A model generated the notes under the pieces. It had not been told where the DNA came from and did no database searches. It saw only the letters and a program-made list of their open reading frames with translations. Below are positions 26,791 to 31,102 of a stretch of DNA of 31,102 nucleotides, piece by piece; the first letter of the stretch is position 1; each line of letters starts with the position of its first letter. Both the position numbers and the translations under genes were made by a program. The stretch is from Bacteroidia bacterium (GTDB lineage: Bacteria; Bacteroidota; Bacteroidia; JABEUT01): NCBI GenBank assembly GCA_013044305.1, contig JABEUT010000247.1, positions 1 through 31,102 on the forward strand, given 5' to 3'.

Positions 26791-27893
26791 CTGCTTTGGC
26801 GTACTTTTTTTGCTGAATGACTTTGTGCCCGTAATTTAGCGGCTGACGAATTTTTTTTCACATTTACTTTAACAGGCGTTCCGGCCTTAATATCTGTAGG
26901 CGATTTTGTATTCAGCAGAACCTGATAGTACCGCGGATGCAAGCCCAGGTTCGGGCGTACAACCCCTATGTTGTCTTTGGTGAACTTTTCTCCCATGCGG
27001 ATGTCTTTTGAGGCGTAAATGGAGCGCTTAAAGATTAAGCTTTTCAACTCCGACGGTCCCAGTTTGTACGATACTTTACCCAGCGAAAAGAAAGCGTTGC
27101 CGGTTTCGGTAACAAGGGTTTTCATTTCATCGGGTTCCATGGAAAAGGCGGCATCTACCCCTCCTTTATTCCTGCCGAGGCAAAAATGCTTTTCAATAAG
27201 ACATGCACCCAGAGCAGCCGCCGCCACCGATACGCCTATTCCAAGGGTGTGGTCTGATAAGCCGATAAGGCAACCGAATTTCTTCCGCATATCTGCCATT
27301 GTCTTAAGGTTGGCATGCTTTGGAAGCGACGGGTAGGCGCTTGTGCATTTGAGCAGAATTAAGTTTTTGCAGCCACTGCCGCGCAGTATTGCTACCGATT
27401 CGCGAATGTCTTCAAGGCTTGCAACGCCTGTGGACATGATAACCGGTTTACCGGTAGCCGCCACCCTTTTCAGCAGAGGGTGGTGCGTATTTTCGAACGA
27501 TGCTATTTTGTACACGGGCACATTCAGTTCCTCCAGAAAGTCTACCGCCGTTTCGTCAAACGGGGAGCTGAACCATATTAATCCCTTTGATTTTGCTCTT
27601 TCCGTTATCTTTTTATGCCATTCCCAAGGAGTATAGGCCTGTTTATAGAGCTGGTGCAGGTCTTTACCCAGCCATAGTGAATTCCTGTCGCTGATCGTAT
27701 AAGCCCCTTTCATGGTGATGGTATCTGCCGTATAGGTCTGAATTTTTATCGCATCCGCCCCGGAGCGGGCGGCGGCATCAACAATGGCAAGGGCCTGCTT
27801 AAGGCTGCTGTTGTGGTTGCCCGACATTTCGGCGACAATAAAAGGCTTATGTCCGTCCCCGATAATTTTGTTGCCAATTTTTATCGTGTTCAC
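26787..27893 (-). CDS. pseI: Pseudaminic acid synthase-type nonulosonate synthase with a C-terminal SAF/AFP domain
   Basis: FIVAEMSGNHN, GADAIKIQTYTADT (PseI-clade motif), YTPWEWH, KIASFE, LKCTSAYP, GLSDHTLG, IEKHF and RS.YAS.DI. GTG start overlapping the upstream TGA. Confidence 0.88.
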   Translation of the reverse strand: MNTIKIGNKIIGDGHKPFIVAEMSGNHNSSLKQALAIVDAAARSGADAIKIQTYTADTITMKGAYTISDRNSLWLGKDLHQLYKQAYTPWEWHKKITERAKSKGLIWFSSPFDETAVDFLEELNVPVYKIASFENTHHPLLKRVAATGKPVIMSTGVASLEDIRESVAILRGSGCKNLILLKCTSAYPSLPKHANLKTMADMRKKFGCLIGLSDHTLGIGVSVAAAALGACLIEKHFCLGRNKGGVDAAFSMEPDEMKTLVTETGNAFFSLGKVSYKLGPSELKSLIFKRSIYASKDIRMGEKFTKDNIGVVRPNLGLHPRYYQVLLNTKSPTDIKAGTPVKVNVKKNSSAAKLRAQSHSAKKVRQSR

Positions 27894-28384
27894 CTGTTTG
27901 TGTAGGTTTTGGTAAGTTTAATGCAAATTATATTCCCTTCAATCACCTTTTGTTCATTGCCGAAGCCTGCCTTTCTGAAAATGGAGTATGACCGGGTGTT
28001 CTCCGGTTTTATGTAGGCCGTAAGGTTTTCATTCGGGTTTCGGTTCAGGTAATCATCGGTGGCGAGTTCTATCATTTTTAATCCGAGTGATTTGCCTCTG
28101 TATTTTTCATCTATGGATATTCCTACGGTTGTCTCCATCTTCTTCCTGTCTATGCGTACCTGTCCGACCGGAATGTTATCCTGCTGAATGAACAGGTACA
28201 TCCTGCAGTTTTCCGAAAGGATATTTGAACGGAACCATTTTACATGGTCAATGTATTTTATTTTTGATGAAGTAAATGAATTTTCGCGCACGAGATCTTC
28301 ATTAGCCCAGTGGAAATAGGTGTCCACATCACCGGGTGCGGCAAACCGGAATGATATATGGATTGGATGTTCCTGTGTTGTCAT
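27890..28384 (-). CDS. GNAT N-acetyltransferase, PseH-like
   Basis: W.NE..VRENSF....I.Y.DH.KWF, P.GQVRID, I..KYRGK.LG and N..S...F.KAGF. The start is placed at ATG 28384, 1 nt after the PseG stop. Confidence 0.85.
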   Translation of the reverse strand: MTTQEHPIHISFRFAAPGDVDTYFHWANEDLVRENSFTSSKIKYIDHVKWFRSNILSENCRMYLFIQQDNIPVGQVRIDRKKMETTVGISIDEKYRGKSLGLKMIELATDDYLNRNPNENLTAYIKPENTRSYSIFRKAGFGNEQKVIEGNIICIKLTKTYTNR

Positions 28385-28385
28385 A

Positions 28386-29354
28386 TTACAAAGCCCTAAA
28401 CAGATTAAGAAGCCTTTCAGGCGATTTCCCGTCAATTATTTTGCGCTGATGACTTTGTTTATTCAGGCACCTGTTTATAGCCTGTTTCAGCTCGTCTGCC
28501 TCAAAGTTACCGGCGCTTTCAAATGCGCCCAATGACTTAAAACCTTCAAATATACGTCTTTGGTTTGCAACATACATGCCAGAAATAACTTTGCAGCCGG
28601 CGGCAAGGGCCTCAAACAAACTCCCGCTTGCAGGCACAATACATAACTGCGTTTCGGATAACAGTTGAGCCACTTTTTCTTCAGATACTGCATGATGTAT
28701 TACCACCCTGCTGTCGTTTTTTGCTTCTGCCTTAAGGCTTGTCAGATGGCCGTAAGAGGCTCCGGCAAGTACTCCAATATGTTTGAGAAGCATAAAGGTT
28801 TGTGCAATTTTAAGGGTTTTCAAGGTAAGGTTGAGCGGGTCGCTGCCACCGAACGATATCAGCACCGATGCAGTAACTGCAGGCTCGGGTATGGCACTTG
28901 CTTTTTTCAGGAACGATCTGCGCAGCAAGGCATAAGCGGGTCCGAGTGCAAATTTTGTGTAGGGTTGCGCATTATAATCTGCGTCAGTTATTCCCGGTGC
29001 ATGATTTATGATTAAATCGGCAGCAAACTTTCCCTTTGCCAGATCGTCTATACAAACAAGTTTCCCGCACCTGTCCCTTACAATAAGCTGGTATTCTCCC
29101 GTGAAGTCATAGCCATCGAGCACTGCAATGTCATTCTTGTTCAGCAAAGTAAGAAACTCCTCTTCATCCTTTATCGGTTTAAAGGCAAAGCCGTTCGTTT
29201 TAAATTCCCTACTTAATTCCTCCGGCGCATCCTTACATACAAAGGTTATGGTGACCTCTTTTTCGAGCATTTGTCCCAACGCAATGCACCTTACCAGATG
29301 CCCCAGTCCGATCGATTTTCCTCCATCGGCACGTATGTACAGGTTTTGTTTCAC
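28386..29354 (-). CDS. pseG: UDP-2,4-diacetamido-2,4,6-trideoxyhexose hydrolase (PseG/SpsG type)
   Basis: IRADGG..IGLGHL.RC.AL, VLDGY, IDD, DLIINH, LGP.YALLR, ISFGGSDP and VANQ. GTG start overlapping the upstream TGA. Confidence 0.88.
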   Translation of the reverse strand: MKQNLYIRADGGKSIGLGHLVRCIALGQMLEKEVTITFVCKDAPEELSREFKTNGFAFKPIKDEEEFLTLLNKNDIAVLDGYDFTGEYQLIVRDRCGKLVCIDDLAKGKFAADLIINHAPGITDADYNAQPYTKFALGPAYALLRRSFLKKASAIPEPAVTASVLISFGGSDPLNLTLKTLKIAQTFMLLKHIGVLAGASYGHLTSLKAEAKNDSRVVIHHAVSEEKVAQLLSETQLCIVPASGSLFEALAAGCKVISGMYVANQRRIFEGFKSLGAFESAGNFEADELKQAINRCLNKQSHQRKIIDGKSPERLLNLFRAL

Positions 29355-31102
29355 AGCAATTTTCTGAAAACCGGTTTGGCCGGCCTGCCTGTCAGGTATT
29401 TTTCATATCCTTCTGTCAAAGCCTTTTTATACACTTTCAGTGCCTCGCCGAAAGCCTTGGCAAAGTAATACATATCATTATCCGTGTGCGAGAGGCATGG
29501 CACAAATGCTCCGTAAAACAGCACCCCCCGTTTAATCATTTCCTGCATCATCAGTGTCCTGTAACCCTGCGATACATTGCCGTCTGCATCCTTGAAAACA
29601 AACAGGGGCATCCATTCACAGGGTATTATGGTTATATATCCTTCCATGCCCAAATCGTGCAAAAGGCTTTTGCATATCCCTGTCAGGTTGCGGCATAGTG
29701 TATGATTCTTTTCAATCACCTTTTTCTTCTTGAATACATCAATGGTTGCCAATGCCGCAGCTAAGGCATGGGTTTCGGCGCCATGGGTGGTGGAGATTAA
29801 AAATACTTTCTCTTCGCCTGTCTTTGTTATTCCGCCCAGTTCCATTATTTCTTTTTTACCTGTAAGGGCGCAAAATGAAAAGCCGTTGGCAATTCCTTTT
29901 CCCCAGGTGGCAAGGTCGGGCACAATTCCGTATTTAGCCATGGTTCCGGGTAAATGTGTTTTGAAACCTGTTATCATTTCATCCGCAATAAAAACAGCGC
30001 CGTTCTTCCGCGTCAGTTCAATAGCTTGTTTTAAAAAGTCGGACACCCCGGTTTTGCAGTCGCATCCGTTGCCGCAGATATTTCGTTCGGGTTCGGTAAT
30101 CACGCAGGCTATTTTACCCGGAAATTTTTTGAATAGGGCCTTCAGCGATTCGATATTGCACGACTGAAATGTTACCGAAAGGTTTGCTATTTCATCGGGT
30201 ACCCCTTTGTTACACACAGTTTTGCCAATAAACCAATCGTCGTAACTGTAAAATGGGGAGTCGGACGGAAACGCAATCAGCTTCCTGCCTGTTTTTGCCC
30301 GTGCCAGCTTCACGGCGGCGGTGGTAACGGTGGCGCCGTTCTTGGCAAATTTTACCATATCATGGCCGGGTATGAGCGCCAGGAATTTTTCGGCTGTGGT
30401 TTTCTCAATAACCGAAGGGCGCTGAAAGTTCACCCCCTTTTTTAGTTCGTTGCGAACACTGGCAAGAACTGGCTCGAAGGCATGGCCGAGGCTGACCGAT
30501 GTCAGTCCCATGCTGCAATCAAGAAATTTGTTGCCGTCTATATCCCACACGTATGCTCCCTTGCCATAGGCAATGGCGGCAGGCGAACGCTCCGGATACT
30601 GATCGTCGCCTTTGGAATAGGTGTGGGCTCCGCCCGGTATCAGCCCGTGTATGGTTTTGCGGTACAAGTCCGATTTTGTAAACCGCGTGATACGGCGCAA
30701 TTTTATCTCGTCAATCCTGCTTTTCATATATCCTGAATTTCTTGTTTTACCATTGTTTAATGCTTGGAGGCGGGGATGTTTTAGCAAATAATGGGCATAT
30801 TCCTTCCAGCTTTTGTTCGCGCCAAGATGTTCTATCAGGTTTTTTATCACCGAATAATCTTCCCTGTAATCTACCGTCAGGCGCAGAGCAGAATAGTCTG
30901 TCCTTGCAGTCTCCGGCATGTTTTTTTTAAGCGGGTATTTTTGTTTGATGAAGGGAGTTACATGCTCCTTGTCGGATGCTGATTTTGCATGTTGCCATGC
31001 CTCTTTTAAAGCGCTGTATGAGAAGACCTCCACGTCTGTGCCATCAGGATAGCTTCCATGCAGGTCGGTGGAGTAATATTGCAGTTTATGTTTCACACAA
31101 TA
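29351..31102 (-). CDS. SpsF-like cytidylyltransferase (C-terminal part only) fused to a GSA-aminomutase-like class III PLP aminotransferase; 5' end lies beyond the window
   Basis: The frame is open to the edge (YCVKHKLQY...). SpsF-like YPDGTDVEVF...EHVTPFI...RLTVDY.ED is followed by IPGGAHTYSKG, WD.DGN.FLD, VKFAKNG...TTAAV.LARA, ADEMITGF and the PLP lysine in TWGKGIANG. Confidence 0.85.
   Translation of the reverse strand, partial: YCVKHKLQYYSTDLHGSYPDGTDVEVFSYSALKEAWQHAKSASDKEHVTPFIKQKYPLKKNMPETARTDYSALRLTVDYREDYSVIKNLIEHLGANKSWKEYAHYLLKHPRLQALNNGKTRNSGYMKSRIDEIKLRRITRFTKSDLYRKTIHGLIPGGAHTYSKGDDQYPERSPAAIAYGKGAYVWDIDGNKFLDCSMGLTSVSLGHAFEPVLASVRNELKKGVNFQRPSVIEKTTAEKFLALIPGHDMVKFAKNGATVTTAAVKLARAKTGRKLIAFPSDSPFYSYDDWFIGKTVCNKGVPDEIANLSVTFQSCNIESLKALFKKFPGKIACVITEPERNICGNGCDCKTGVSDFLKQAIELTRKNGAVFIADEMITGFKTHLPGTMAKYGIVPDLATWGKGIANGFSFCALTGKKEIMELGGITKTGEEKVFLISTTHGAETHALAAALATIDVFKKKKVIEKNHTLCRNLTGICKSLLHDLGMEGYITIIPCEWMPLFVFKDADGNVSQGYRTLMMQEMIKRGVLFYGAFVPCLSHTDNDMYYFAKAFGEALKVYKKALTEGYEKYLTGRPAKPVFRKLL

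Noticed and set aside
26787-26860. Programmed frameshift producing a PseI-transferase-HisH triple fusion
   Set aside because: The downstream reading frame has a TAA at 26838-26836, after the A8 run. Only the A7 run lies beyond it, and no stimulatory signal is evident.
29351-30700. hemL (tetrapyrrole synthesis)
   Set aside because: The domain is fused to a cytidylyltransferase and coupled to pseG, and it has IPGGAHTYSKG rather than the HemL PGGVNSPVR motif.
1-31102. tRNA, rRNA, CRISPR array, IS or prophage
   Set aside because: All intergenic regions are 260 nt or shorter, with no repeat-spacer pattern, cloverleaf, transposase or integrase motif seen by eye; a covariance-model scan was not run.

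Overview
The window is chromosomal DNA from a Bacteroidota bacterium. Support: TAnnTTTG -7 promoter boxes, a T9SS C-terminal domain, and Gln immediately after four predicted signal peptides. Left and middle (1-19.3 kb) are mostly housekeeping and envelope genes: partial ridA, an NHL-repeat T9SS cargo protein, dprA, a DUF6913-like protein, a hypothetical protein, an asnB-like amidotransferase with an NDP-sugar epimerase, an OPT transporter, a MaoC-like protein, a GDPD, an MBL hydrolase, a large TolB/Omp85-like protein, a small membrane protein, an MFS transporter, an M28-PDZ peptidase and an OM beta-barrel. The OPT gene is broken by what looks like a 14-18 nt micro-inversion. The right 11.7 kb (minus strand, running off the edge) is the distal end of a tightly coupled surface-glycan operon for a pseudaminic-acid-type nonulosonate. 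It has PseG, PseH-like and PseI genes, a WbuXYZ-type amidination trio, a FemAB-like transferase, a GT4 and WecB. Two unusual fusions stand out: a putative CMP-nonulosonate transferase joined to HisH, and an SpsF-like cytidylyltransferase joined to a class III aminotransferase. No rRNA, tRNA, CRISPR array or mobile element was recognised. All family calls come from motif recognition by eye, not from database searches.
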